From assembly GCA_016933575.1 (NCBI GenBank), contig JAFGAR010000015.1, positions 1 to 60,401 of the forward strand: DNA of 60,401 nucleotides. The letters are read 5' to 3'. Shown here piece after piece: positions 37,172-47,678 of the stretch (position 1 is the stretch's first letter; the number at the start of each line of letters is the position of its first letter). The translations under genes and the position numbers were made by a program. The notes under the pieces are model-generated. The model was given only the letters and a program-made list of their open reading frames with translations, ran no database searches and was not told the origin of the DNA. Source of the stretch: Candidatus Thorarchaeota archaeon (GTDB lineage: Archaea; Asgardarchaeota; Thorarchaeia; Thorarchaeales; Thorarchaeaceae).

Positions 37172-38371
37172 ATGAATGTACGAGTAACACGCGGCGCCGG
37201 ACCGTCTGTAGACAAACTTGAAGTTGAAATTGTAGAACGAAAGGGGAAAGGTCATCCGGATACCCTATGCGACAAGGCTGCTGAAGAGCTCTCAGTACGA
37301 CTGAGCGAGTACTACATGCAGGTCTTTGATCAGGTTCAACACCACAATGTGGACAAGGTCTTACTAGTAGGTGGACAGTCCAATGCAAAGTTTGGCGGTG
37401 GAGATGTGATTGAGCCAATATATATTCTCATGAGTGGTCGTGCTGTCGACGTTGTAGACAAAGACTACGAACGTCAGGTTCCTGTTGGTAAGTTTGCTGT
37501 TGAGCACACTCGTGATTGGTTGAGCAAAGATCTTCCACATCTTGATGTCAATTCTGATGTTATCATCGATTACAAGATTAGAGCTGGTAGTACAGACCTA
37601 GTTGGTAACTTCGATCTTGAGAGAGGTGTTCCTAGGGCTAATGATACCAGCTTTGGAGTTGGATATGCACCTATGTCGCCAACTGAGTTGATCACCCTTG
37701 AATCTGAACAGCTACTGAATAGCGAGAAGATCAAGAAGAAATGGCCTCAGATTGGTGAAGACATAAAAATCATGGGAACACGAATTGACGACAAGATTCA
37801 CGTTCAGGTAGCCGCAGCCATTATCTCAAGCGAAACTAAGGACAAGGGTGAATATGCTAGTGTCATGGAAGGTATTCGAGACATTGTCCTAAATTTAGCA
37901 GTCAAGATTACAGACATGGAAACAGAAGTGAGTGTGAACACTGCAGATAGTCCAAAGGATAATCTATTCTACCTAACAGTGACAGGCACATCTGCTGAAC
38001 ATGGTGATGATGGTCAGGTAGGTAGGGGCAATCGTGCTAACGGATTGATCACACCCTATCGTCCGATGACCCTTGAAGCAGCCGCTGGAAAGAATCCAGT
38101 ATCCCATGTTGGTAAGACGTACAATGTAGCTGCTAGAGAGATTGTCGAAAGAGTCTACAAAGAACATCCCGATCTATCACAGGTCTATTGCTATCTTGTT
38201 AGTCAGATTGGGGCACCCATTACTGAACCAAAGGCAGTTAATGTAGAGATATTTGGTGACTGTGACCTAGACAAAGTGAGGGGATCAGTTGTATCAATCA
38301 CAGAAGAAGTAATAGCAAAACTACCTCGTGTCTGGGAAGGTTTCGTCAAGAGACAATACCAACTCTGGTAA
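37172..38371 (+). CDS. mat: S-adenosylmethionine synthetase, archaeal type
   Basis: EIVERKGKGHPDTLCD, ANDTSFGVG, GEDIKIMG, GQVGRGNR, GKNPVSHVGK. Likely start 37172 (ORF track 37115). Confidence 0.97.
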   Translation: MNVRVTRGAGPSVDKLEVEIVERKGKGHPDTLCDKAAEELSVRLSEYYMQVFDQVQHHNVDKVLLVGGQSNAKFGGGDVIEPIYILMSGRAVDVVDKDYERQVPVGKFAVEHTRDWLSKDLPHLDVNSDVIIDYKIRAGSTDLVGNFDLERGVPRANDTSFGVGYAPMSPTELITLESEQLLNSEKIKKKWPQIGEDIKIMGTRIDDKIHVQVAAAIISSETKDKGEYASVMEGIRDIVLNLAVKITDMETEVSVNTADSPKDNLFYLTVTGTSAEHGDDGQVGRGNRANGLITPYRPMTLEAAAGKNPVSHVGKTYNVAAREIVERVYKEHPDLSQVYCYLVSQIGAPITEPKAVNVEIFGDCDLDKVRGSVVSITEEVIAKLPRVWEGFVKRQYQLW

Positions 38372-38391
38372 TAGATAGCAAATAGTAAAAA

Positions 38392-38417
38392 GTGTAGGGT
38401 CACATCAATCCCTACAC
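38392..38417. terminator. Hairpin between convergent genes
   Basis: GTGTAGGG...CCCTACAC followed by a T-rich tract. Confidence 0.5.
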
Positions 38418-38437
38418 AATTCTTCTTTTTCTAAGTT

Positions 38438-40408
38438 TTATATTCCAAGTGACTTGAGAAATGCATCACTATTTGGTTCACGACCAAGAAACTCTCGAAC
38501 CATTTCTTCCGGGTCACGACTTCCGCCAGGAGCGAGAATTGTTGTTCTGTACTTGTATCCAGTTGCACTATCCATATACCCATTCTCTTCGAATTCTGTG
38601 AAGATGTCTTCAGCATAGACTTTGGACCATAGATATCCATAGTATCCTGCCTCATACCCGCCCATGAAGTGAGCCATTGAAGCCACAGGATTAGTTCCTT
38701 CTGGATGTCTGATGTGCGTTATCTCTGTAAAGGACTTAATCCAATCACTATCAGGATCATCTATCATGTGAGTATGAAAGTGGATGTCAATGAGTGAAAA
38801 GAACACCTGTCGAAGCTGCATGAGCCCTACATCAAGTAATTTCCCAGCAATCATCTTCTTCAACAATTCAGTTGGTAATTTCTTAACAGGCTCTTCATAA
38901 TGTCCAGAGAGCAGGGATAGAACCTCTTCCTTCCAAGCCCAATTTTCAAACATCATAGATGGTGTTTCAATAAAGTCGGGAAGAACTCCACTAAGGCCAA
39001 AGCTTGCATAGCTTGCACTATTTGACAAAGCATGCATGAGATGACCAAATTCATGGAAGAATGTTTCAACTTCGTCATGCGTCAATAGTGATGGCTTACT
39101 AGCTGTTGGTTTTTGATAATTGGATACCATGGACGCAATTGGTAGGAGAACCTTGTTGTCTTTGACTCTACGGTTTAAGATGTCAAACACTGCATAGTGT
39201 TTGAATTTCCCTTCACGGGGGTAAAGGTCTAGATAGAAGACTCCTTTCAATTCACCTGTATCTTTGTCGATGACCTTGAACGCTCTGATATCATCGCTCC
39301 ATGCATTTGGAGAATCAATCTCTTTAAACTCTAGATCCAGCACCATCTGATAGACTTCTAGCACACCAGCTACAACGCGTTCCATCGGGAAGTATTTCTT
39401 TATTTCATTCTGATCTACTGAATATCTTTCTCTCATGAGCATCTCATGATAATAAAACAAGTCCCAGAGTTCAATGGTAACTAATTCAGGAGATAGACCC
39501 AATTCCGTTGCCTTCAATTCTTTCAATTCTCTAAGTTCTCTCTGGGCTAACGGAGACAACTTGTCTTTTAGGTCACTCATAAATTCAAGAACACGTTGAG
39601 ATGTCTTTGCCATTTTTATGCTGATATTATAATCAGCAAAATTCGCGAAACCTGCCAATTTTGCCTTACGATCTCTTAATGCAAGAGCATCAGATAGGCG
39701 TTCGCTATTCTCTTTTCCACCTCTTTGATAATATGCAATGGTCATCTTCTTTCGTGTTTCTGGATTCTTAGCATAAGATCGTACTGGAATGAAAACAGGA
39801 TAGTCCAATGTTAGTTTGTAGAAATCTCCATCTCTCTCAAGATTTTCATAGACATCAGGAGGGACTCCTTCCAATTCCTCTATTGTGCATGGAATAATGG
39901 TTGTATCTTCATTATACACTCTATTGTAATCAGACTCTAGTACTGTGATATTATTAGATATCTCGAGGAACTCCTTACGTTCATCATCAGCAAGGGCAGC
40001 TCCTCTGTGTACAAAATCTTCAAGGGTTCGTTTAAGTAACATCTGCTCTTCAGGACCGAATGAATCAGAAACTGCATCAAGACGTTTGAATACATCATAA
40101 AGGTCCTTCCTCCCGCCAATCTCGTTGAAGAACTTCAAGACCTTCTTCTCAACATCATTACCAGCATCTCTTTGAGCCTTATCTGTTGAAATGTCTTTCA
40201 GAAATATAAAAGGACGTGCCAAATCACCCAGTGCACTAGTTGACTCTTCGAAGTCAAGTAGAGTCTGAAGAGTCTCTTTTCCTTCAGGGACTTTCGCAAT
40301 CTGGTCAATCTTTTTCCGTGTATCTTCGATATATCCATCCGTTAGAAACTGAATCATCTCAGGTTCAATGGTCCAATCAATATCACGGATTATTCCTTCG
40401 AACGACAT
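38438..40408 (-). CDS. M3 family oligopeptidase (thimet oligopeptidase-like)
   Basis: FFHEFGHLMH, DFIETPS, YLDLYPREGK, GYYGYLWS. Confidence 0.95.
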   Translation of the reverse strand: MSFEGIIRDIDWTIEPEMIQFLTDGYIEDTRKKIDQIAKVPEGKETLQTLLDFEESTSALGDLARPFIFLKDISTDKAQRDAGNDVEKKVLKFFNEIGGRKDLYDVFKRLDAVSDSFGPEEQMLLKRTLEDFVHRGAALADDERKEFLEISNNITVLESDYNRVYNEDTTIIPCTIEELEGVPPDVYENLERDGDFYKLTLDYPVFIPVRSYAKNPETRKKMTIAYYQRGGKENSERLSDALALRDRKAKLAGFANFADYNISIKMAKTSQRVLEFMSDLKDKLSPLAQRELRELKELKATELGLSPELVTIELWDLFYYHEMLMRERYSVDQNEIKKYFPMERVVAGVLEVYQMVLDLEFKEIDSPNAWSDDIRAFKVIDKDTGELKGVFYLDLYPREGKFKHYAVFDILNRRVKDNKVLLPIASMVSNYQKPTASKPSLLTHDEVETFFHEFGHLMHALSNSASYASFGLSGVLPDFIETPSMMFENWAWKEEVLSLLSGHYEEPVKKLPTELLKKMIAGKLLDVGLMQLRQVFFSLIDIHFHTHMIDDPDSDWIKSFTEITHIRHPEGTNPVASMAHFMGGYEAGYYGYLWSKVYAEDIFTEFEENGYMDSATGYKYRTTILAPGGSRDPEEMVREFLGREPNSDAFLKSLGI

Positions 40409-40602
40409 AAGGTTCCCAAAAAATCAACAATATATAAGACCCACCTTCCGAGCGATTCCTATCAATAAGTAGTCAATCTCTGTGATTAGAACAGGCGAAC
40501 TATCTTGTAACATCTTTTTTAAGCACTCAAGTATAGTTTCCAGTCAGGTCAGCTCTAGTTGTGATACTATAGAGTTGAAAATTATTTAGGAGAAATAACA
40601 GC

Positions 40603-41163
40603 ATGGGTAAAATAACAGACCCAATTGCCAAGCGAATCAGAAAGAAGGCAGCCAAGGACATCAAAGGAGGCGTCTTTGGAAAACTTACTCATTACATCCC
40701 CGGATGGCACGGCTACCAGGAAAAAAATGAGAGACGCGCCGCTGACAAGGTCCTCCGTGAGTTTCTAGCAGACCAACTCCGTCTTGTTAAGCAGGACTTG
40801 GAAAAACTACAGATGATGGTAGTAGAGTACAACCTCAGTAAGACATGGGAGACCTTCGATAGGATGCTTAATCTAACTGACAAGATCGAGAGCGGTATCC
40901 GATATGCCGACTACGGCTATGCGGCTTGGGGCTCAAAGGAAAAGATCAATGAGAAAGAGTTGGACCAAATGTACGAGTTCGACTCAGTACTTATTGATGA
41001 CATTGGCGAGATCAATGATGTCGTCGAGGACTTCCAGGATCAGATGAATCAGGGTAAGTTTGATGATGCCTGGAATTACACCTATCGAATGTGGACCATC
41101 ATGCAGCGACTCGAAGAGAAATGGGCTCAGAGAGAAGGCTTCATGAAGGGTTATCAAGATTAG
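40603..41163 (+). CDS. Conserved helical hypothetical protein
   Basis: IPGWHGYQEKNERRAADK; AGGAG Shine-Dalgarno; hairpin downstream. Confidence 0.75.
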   Translation: MGKITDPIAKRIRKKAAKDIKGGVFGKLTHYIPGWHGYQEKNERRAADKVLREFLADQLRLVKQDLEKLQMMVVEYNLSKTWETFDRMLNLTDKIESGIRYADYGYAAWGSKEKINEKELDQMYEFDSVLIDDIGEINDVVEDFQDQMNQGKFDDAWNYTYRMWTIMQRLEEKWAQREGFMKGYQD

Positions 41164-41175
41164 TCTATCGATTTG

Positions 41176-41197
41176 TTCCGGAGCGCAAGCTCCGGAA
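41176..41197 (+). terminator. 9-bp stem, GCAA tetraloop, T-rich tail
   Basis: TTCCGGAGC-gcaa-GCTCCGGAA followed by ttctacttcttttt. Confidence 0.7.
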
Positions 41198-41261
41198 TTC
41201 TACTTCTTTTTGATTACAAATCATAGTTTGGATTATGAAAAAAATATCCTTACTAGAAGTG

Positions 41262-42293
41262 TTAAAATGTAGCAGGAAGTAAGATTCTGAAATTTGCGCC
41301 ACTCTCAGCATCGAGAAGCTCGATAGTCGAACCACATCCTTTCAAAATTGTTGATACCAGATAGAGACCAATTCCACCCTCGTTTGACGATCCTCGCAGA
41401 AAAATCCGATCAATTAGATTACTTGGTATCCCAGGACCGTTGTCTGAAATGATCATTTCTATTTGATTGGAAATCCTTCGAAGATTGACATCTACATGAG
41501 GATATTCACCACAATATTGTGATGCATTCCGAAACAGGTTCTCTAGCGCCACCTGAATCAAAGATGTACCATAAACGCGTGCTTTCATGATATTTTGATC
41601 GGCATTGATACTGATTGTCAGTCCGGGATGTGTCTTCTCAGCAGCTATTGCTGTTTCATCAATCATCGATAGTAATTCTTTGTCAGAGCTCTCACTTTGA
41701 AGGGAGAATGTCTTGACCAAACGTGACATTCTTGTTGCAGCCATTCTTGCAGATTCTATGAGGGTCTTAGAACGAGTCTCATCTGATTCAGCCATCTCAA
41801 TATATCCTAAGACTGCTTGGAGATCGTTTCGTAGGTCATGTCTAAGAAGTGTAGCATAAAGCTCGGTCTCACGTTGGTTTTGTTCAGTTTTTAGTCTGAT
41901 TTTATCGAGTCGGTTTGTGTAAAGAAATATACCAAGACCTACGAGTAATAACCCGAGAGCACTGAAATCCTCTAAATCCCAACCTGATAAATTATAATTT
42001 ATCACAACAAACTCATCAAGAACATTTTCAATTTCACCAAACAGTACTATTGTTAATCCAATGAACATGAGGAAATATGCAATCCTGTATTCACGGAATC
42101 TCTGACTAACGATAACTAGAATGCACAATAGAATCATGGTGATGACTTTTTGGATGACTCGATCCATGTCCACATTCGAGGATGGATTCATCACATTGAG
42201 TATCCATATTGAATATAAAATAGAAATTGCAAGAAGAAAAAGAGGACCGATGAGATAGTCAATATACTTCTTTTCTTGAGTTAATTCGGTCAT
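41262..42293 (-). CDS. Membrane sensor histidine kinase
   Basis: 4 TM, H-box RHDLRNDL, N-box NLFRNA, DNGPGI, GGIGL. Confidence 0.93.
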   Translation of the reverse strand: MTELTQEKKYIDYLIGPLFLLAISILYSIWILNVMNPSSNVDMDRVIQKVITMILLCILVIVSQRFREYRIAYFLMFIGLTIVLFGEIENVLDEFVVINYNLSGWDLEDFSALGLLLVGLGIFLYTNRLDKIRLKTEQNQRETELYATLLRHDLRNDLQAVLGYIEMAESDETRSKTLIESARMAATRMSRLVKTFSLQSESSDKELLSMIDETAIAAEKTHPGLTISINADQNIMKARVYGTSLIQVALENLFRNASQYCGEYPHVDVNLRRISNQIEMIISDNGPGIPSNLIDRIFLRGSSNEGGIGLYLVSTILKGCGSTIELLDAESGANFRILLPATF

Positions 42294-42382
42294 ATTCGGA
42301 TCACCTCTGCATGACTATTTTTGAAATATTACCAATTGTCAATTATGATTCTAATATTCATATCATGTTCAATATTATGGTA

Positions 42383-42652
42383 CTATACACCAAGGTCTCG
42401 AAGGGCTTTATGAATGAGTGTAATGTTGACTAATTTCTTGCAAGAGTTGCAACAGAATGAATCAGGACCAATCCACTCAGTTCCATTCTGGAAATTAATG
42501 GCAACACCACAATTGGGACATTTGAGATTCTTACTGATCGAAGATGTTAGAAATCTAGTAGTTAGGGATTGAAAGACTGGCTCAATCAAATCTGATTCAA
42601 GTGATTTTGTGACAGCTGGACCTCCAGAGGGTTCTCTTTTCAAATCGCCCAA
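42383..42652 (-). CDS. Small zinc-ribbon protein
   Basis: CPNC...EWIGP...CNSC; paralogous to the C-terminus of 43740..44417. Confidence 0.65.
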   Translation of the reverse strand: MGDLKREPSGGPAVTKSLESDLIEPVFQSLTTRFLTSSISKNLKCPNCGVAINFQNGTEWIGPDSFCCNSCKKLVNITLIHKALRDLGV

Positions 42653-42763
42653 TTAGTCGAACAACTCCTTCTGATAGTCAGTAGAGAATCAGACTATAAG
42701 ACTGAGCAATACAATACCTAAGTGCTGTCTCAAACACAAGAGGAACAAATCGAATTATGTTTC

Positions 42764-43696
42764 CTACTGAATCCCACTCAAATCATGTATCTTTCGTTGA
42801 GAATCATCTACTAACACACAGGGCATACGCTCTCTCTCTTGTTCTTCTGGACTCTCAAGATGTTTCTTGGAATGATACATCTGTCTACTGAAATGCCTGT
42901 AATCTTTGAGGAGAGGTCCGAGAATTCTTGCAACCCGTACAAGGCGTTCCCAAGCAGATTCAATATGGTCGCCATCATATACTCGGATATAGGCATCAAA
43001 CCCGTGTGGGGCATAGACTGATTCCCAGCCAGCCATATCACCGAGAGTGAAAAAGTGTGGAGTAGAACCTGGATAACTGCGCTCGTCAAACATCACATAT
43101 GGTCTGTATGGCTCTCTATCAGGATGTTCCCATTTGAGTCCTGAACAACTCTCAATGGTTGCAAAACCGAGCTCATTGAGCTCAATGATATGATTCCTAA
43201 TTGACCTATCAACATAGTCGATAAACTCACTTGGAGGTACATATTCATGAAGGCATGATTCCCAGAGTTCTCGGTGCCATTCAGATGCATGATGGCCCCA
43301 GACAATAGATGGGTACATACCACGGTCAATCATCCTTCGATAAGACTTCACTCGATCCGCGATTACTGTAAGAGCATCGGTAAGACGTTGCCATGTCGCG
43401 ATTAGAATATGGTTGGGTGTTGTGCGTTCTTGACTACATCTTGTAATTTCAGGAAAAGAAAGGAGTATGTTGTATTCGGGATTGAATTGAGCACGCCAAT
43501 TGGCAATAGCTGCAACAGTGAAAAGATGAGCTTCTACGCCGGGATATGATGTTCTATCTATAGTAACACTCGGTATCTCCAACGAACCATCTTCAAGACC
43601 TATATGAATATCACTGACCAACAATCCGAATTTTCTAAATACTTTGTTAAAATGGCGCGACCTGTTCATGAACAACTCGCATGCCTCAGATGACAT
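42764..43696 (-). CDS. Hypothetical protein
   Basis: 310-aa ORF with an LNELGFATIESCSG..H motif and an internal repeat (SYPG..HxFT...A.W...AWxRL). Confidence 0.65.
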   Translation of the reverse strand: MSSEACELFMNRSRHFNKVFRKFGLLVSDIHIGLEDGSLEIPSVTIDRTSYPGVEAHLFTVAAIANWRAQFNPEYNILLSFPEITRCSQERTTPNHILIATWQRLTDALTVIADRVKSYRRMIDRGMYPSIVWGHHASEWHRELWESCLHEYVPPSEFIDYVDRSIRNHIIELNELGFATIESCSGLKWEHPDREPYRPYVMFDERSYPGSTPHFFTLGDMAGWESVYAPHGFDAYIRVYDGDHIESAWERLVRVARILGPLLKDYRHFSRQMYHSKKHLESPEEQERERMPCVLVDDSQRKIHDLSGIQ

Positions 43697-43739
43697 ACAC
43701 TACATCAGCATGTAAGGTCTTCGTTGTGATTAAGTTGCA

Positions 43740-44417
43740 TTACTCATCGAGTAGGTCTACAAGATATACAGCTTTGCCACAGTGGGGACAGGTCAAATCA
43801 GATGGTCCAAGCCACTCAATTCTCTTGTTGAAGTCAATCGCTCCAAGGCAGTGAGGACATGGTCGTGTAGGTGCTGAAGGACCAACGAACCGACGAGTTA
43901 TTGATTCGAATTTTATAGCGAATCCAGCTCGAGCTTTATCTCCATGGGTCTTTCTATCAGCAGTCTTTGGGTATTCTCTCTCAAGATATGAATCCAACAT
44001 TCGCTGTTGGTTGCGACTGCCCCATTCATTTAGAAGAGGATCAAGAAAAGTATCAATCACAATCAAGAATGTACAACCACTAAAGATTATTGTGAATATA
44101 TTGAAGAATTCCATGATGTTGCCAAATATGTGAATAGAAAAGGATTCCATAATTGTAAAAATAAGAAGCACAAATGAGAAAATAGAGCATAAAATTATCC
44201 AAACCATTATTCGTTTGAAACTCATCATATCTGATACCTTAGGTCTGTAAATGTGGATGATCAGAAAGAAACACAATGAAGTCAAAAGAATACATGAAGT
44301 TATAATCAGCATGAGAGAGAGTTCTGTAACAATTAGTAGTTGTCCGGATAATAATAAGTCGATAATTGAAAATATCGAGAGGACAATCAAGATCTTCTTC
44401 TTTTCACCATTAGTCAT
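43740..44417 (-). CDS. 4-TM protein with C-terminal zinc ribbon
   Basis: CPHC...EWLGP...CPHC. Confidence 0.7.
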   Translation of the reverse strand: MTNGEKKKILIVLSIFSIIDLLLSGQLLIVTELSLMLIITSCILLTSLCFFLIIHIYRPKVSDMMSFKRIMVWIILCSIFSFVLLIFTIMESFSIHIFGNIMEFFNIFTIIFSGCTFLIVIDTFLDPLLNEWGSRNQQRMLDSYLEREYPKTADRKTHGDKARAGFAIKFESITRRFVGPSAPTRPCPHCLGAIDFNKRIEWLGPSDLTCPHCGKAVYLVDLLDE

Positions 44418-44500
44418 TGTGCTTGTCCTCCATAATAACAGCTGTATCTACAATTGATATAGATTTGGAAAAGTGTGGGATTATTCAAAAAAAGAAATCA

Positions 44501-44524
44501 GGGAAGTGAAACCATTCACCTCCC
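44501..44524 (-). terminator. Hairpin with minus-strand T tract
   Basis: GGGAAGTGAA-acca-TTCACCTCCC preceded by an A-run on the plus strand. Confidence 0.5.
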
Positions 44525-44540
44525 ATTTGTTAAAACAATT

Positions 44541-45404
44541 CTACTCGTATTTTTTGGCAATCTTTCCCATCCCATAGATGAATAGGATGATTAGTAGAAT
44601 CGCTCCAAGATTGCCAATACCGACGCCAGCCATGTTCCTGAAGAACTCAATTGATGTTGGAAATGTAGGAGCAAGTGATGGAAGAGTAGGCCAAGGATAT
44701 GTTATCAACACAGTGACAATATAACCAGCTACATTGTAGGTTATACCCAGGAGAAATATTAACACCATCAACATGTAGAAGATCTTTGCTAGATCACCAA
44801 ACCAACCACCAATCTTGCTTCCAATTTGCTTGGATAGAATATTGAATAGTCCATATGCAAGCAACACAAAAGCAAACGCAACTGCAATACCACCACCCAT
44901 GAAGATGAGTTGGGGCATTACGTGATTCCAACTGTTGAGTCCTACAAGTGCATCAAGGTTCCAATTAGCATAGAATCCTGCTGCCATTATCATGAATAGA
45001 CCTTTCAAAATATGAAGCAGATTTTTGATGAGGTCCCAGTTCTGCATTCTAGGTTCAATCAAAGGACCAATGAAAAAAAGAAGTCCAACAAATAGTGTCA
45101 TTACTGCAGCCAGTACCTGTGCTGGCTCAACAGCTGCCCAAATTACTGAGCTAATTAGAATTGACAGACCAAGTACGTACCATGACATATTTTCCTGTTC
45201 AATAGCATAGTATAACGGGAACATTAGACCAAGTACGAGGGTAAAATAGTACACCCAAAGTAGTAGAGGGTCCATAGTAGCTGAAAAGTAGGAAAGCTTT
45301 GTCCATGGTAAGTAGATTAGAAAGAACAAAGCTAAAGCAATAGCTGATAGATATTGGATTAGCTTATTGAAGTTAATTTGTTCACTCAAACTCTCACGCT
45401 CCAC
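44541..45404 (-). CDS. Polytopic membrane protein (~8 TM)
   Basis: Hydropathy only. Confidence 0.7.
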   Translation of the reverse strand: MERESLSEQINFNKLIQYLSAIALALFFLIYLPWTKLSYFSATMDPLLLWVYYFTLVLGLMFPLYYAIEQENMSWYVLGLSILISSVIWAAVEPAQVLAAVMTLFVGLLFFIGPLIEPRMQNWDLIKNLLHILKGLFMIMAAGFYANWNLDALVGLNSWNHVMPQLIFMGGGIAVAFAFVLLAYGLFNILSKQIGSKIGGWFGDLAKIFYMLMVLIFLLGITYNVAGYIVTVLITYPWPTLPSLAPTFPTSIEFFRNMAGVGIGNLGAILLIILFIYGMGKIAKKYE

Positions 45405-45637
45405 TCATAACCAATAGGTTAGAAATGTTAATGTTAAACAGATTAGAACTAACATAAATGCGTGTTGTTTTCACTGAAATTGAGGCGCGAAACAGTCAAG
45501 CAGTGTACAACAAGTAGAACCATTTGTTCGAGAATTAGAATATTATCAAAGTAAAGCGTTGTTTAAATAAATTCAAAGTCATTCATCATGTGTATTGAGG
45601 AGCACAGGCGGAGGTTTATACATGGTGTTCTATTCGT

Positions 45638-47581
45638 GTGTGGGAGTTGAGCCAATTGAAAAGGATCGCACGTGATATCCTGCTGAGTTGCTTGGTGATC
45701 ATGCTTCTTGTTATGATGACAGCTCCAGTTGCAACAGAGAGGGATAGAATGTTTCTTGTGAAGAATTCAATAATGTATACATCAGAGGATTCAATGATTC
45801 CAAGCAATGTAACATTGGAAGGTACAGTGATTGATAATTATGCAAACATCAGCTATCAAATGGTGTTTGACAATAATGAATCAGAGATTGCTTCAGAGAT
45901 CTACTGGGATTTCGAATTACAGGCAGGAGTAAGATTGAGTAATATTTCAATCATGAACAGTAACTTGACATACTGGGGTCGAGTCCTGCCCGAACAGGAA
46001 GCCATCACTACCTATAATGAAAGCGTTGAAGCTAATAAGAGTGCATTGCTAGTAATTAGAACATATAATGGATATCAAATAAGATTCAATCTAGAAAACA
46101 ACTCAATTGCGACTATTAGTGTCTATGTCGAAGGTTTGTTAACTAGAAAACTTGGACTCTATAGCTTAGTCTTACCAATATCAAAGGAATTTGCGATTAA
46201 TACAGCTATAAGCCTTGATCTAGCAGTTATCTCGAATTTCGGTGCTCTTGCAGGATACGCGGTAAGAGGGCTGCCATCATTCATTGCTACCGATCTTACA
46301 AATGGAATTCATATCCACTATTCAAGTACTTTAACTTCAGTTGATGAGATTAGAATGGACTACGCATTAGATCGCCAGATTGGTGGATCACAACTTCTAA
46401 CCTACACAAACGGTACTGACCAATTCTTTGTATATCTTCTAGCACCTTCAATCACGGAGATTACTGATAGAGCAAGCAGACAATATGTCTTTGTTCTGGA
46501 TAGATCTGGGTCTATGTACGGAGTAAAAATCAGTCAGGCAAAAGGAGCATTCAATGCAATGGTTGAAACACTTTTGTCCAATGATGTTTTCAATCTGGTA
46601 TCTTTTGACAGTACCATACAGACTCTATGGTCGGAACCAAGAACAGCTTCGCTCACCAATATTAATGCGGCTCAGACATGGGTCAACAGCATTGAGGCAG
46701 GGGATATGACCAACTTTCATGGAGCAGCACTGACTGGACTTAATATGATGCAACCTGGAGAAAATGTGAAGGTCATGTTCATTCTCTCAGATGGTCTACC
46801 CACAGCTGGAACGATTCAGGATACTTCGGGTATCTTATCAGCAATTAGAGAAGCTAATGAACTAGATGTGTCGATTTCAACTGTTGCTTTTGGTAGTGAT
46901 GCTGATGAGAACCTGATGGCAAATATTGCAGTTCAGAATAATGGATTCTTTGCACTCATTCAACCCAATGATGAGGCTGCAGATGAAATAATGTCCTTCT
47001 ATCAGGAATTCGCAACTCCTATAGCTAATTCTTATTCAATTGAGTTTACTGGACCTATCGACGTGAATACACTAATGCCATTGAGAGATTCACCCTTCTT
47101 TAATGGTACAGAGGTGCTTGTTTCCGGACGGTATGGATCATCAATGAGTGTTTCAACATCGATAGACTATACAACTGGCACGGAATCATATTCAAACTCT
47201 GCAGGTGCAGCATCCACAGAAAACAAACATATTGAGCGAATTTGGGCTCAACAGAGAATCTCATTCTTATTACGTTGTATACAGCTTCATGGAGAGAATT
47301 CATCTCTAAGAGATGAGATTGTTAGCATTGGCATGTATTATGGGATAATTGTCCAAGGATATACAGCTTTGATATTAACAGCCTATGATGTAAATGAAGA
47401 AAGTTCCTCAGACTATGGGATATATCCTGCACCAGTAGCAACAGGAACAACAGGTGGATATCCTGTCATTGCGGGAGGTGGCTTCAATTCATTAGGATTC
47501 GTACCCATCATCATAACTAGTTCAGTATTGATCATCGTGGCGATTATTCTAGGTAGGAGAGCAATCGCTCATAGTCATTGA
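45638..47581 (+). CDS. Membrane-anchored VIT plus vWA domain protein (ITIH-like)
   Basis: Signal peptide, VIT-like N-terminus, MIDAS DRSGS, LSDGLPT, ERIWAQQRI, C-terminal TM. Confidence 0.9.
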   Translation: MWELSQLKRIARDILLSCLVIMLLVMMTAPVATERDRMFLVKNSIMYTSEDSMIPSNVTLEGTVIDNYANISYQMVFDNNESEIASEIYWDFELQAGVRLSNISIMNSNLTYWGRVLPEQEAITTYNESVEANKSALLVIRTYNGYQIRFNLENNSIATISVYVEGLLTRKLGLYSLVLPISKEFAINTAISLDLAVISNFGALAGYAVRGLPSFIATDLTNGIHIHYSSTLTSVDEIRMDYALDRQIGGSQLLTYTNGTDQFFVYLLAPSITEITDRASRQYVFVLDRSGSMYGVKISQAKGAFNAMVETLLSNDVFNLVSFDSTIQTLWSEPRTASLTNINAAQTWVNSIEAGDMTNFHGAALTGLNMMQPGENVKVMFILSDGLPTAGTIQDTSGILSAIREANELDVSISTVAFGSDADENLMANIAVQNNGFFALIQPNDEAADEIMSFYQEFATPIANSYSIEFTGPIDVNTLMPLRDSPFFNGTEVLVSGRYGSSMSVSTSIDYTTGTESYSNSAGAASTENKHIERIWAQQRISFLLRCIQLHGENSSLRDEIVSIGMYYGIIVQGYTALILTAYDVNEESSSDYGIYPAPVATGTTGGYPVIAGGGFNSLGFVPIIITSSVLIIVAIILGRRAIAHSH

Positions 47582-47678
47582 AACTAAATCGAATGGTGTT
47601 GGAGAACAATCCAATACCTCCGATTTTTTTTTATTAATCAATAATTGAAACGATTAGTAGTGATTTTTAGAGAAATGG

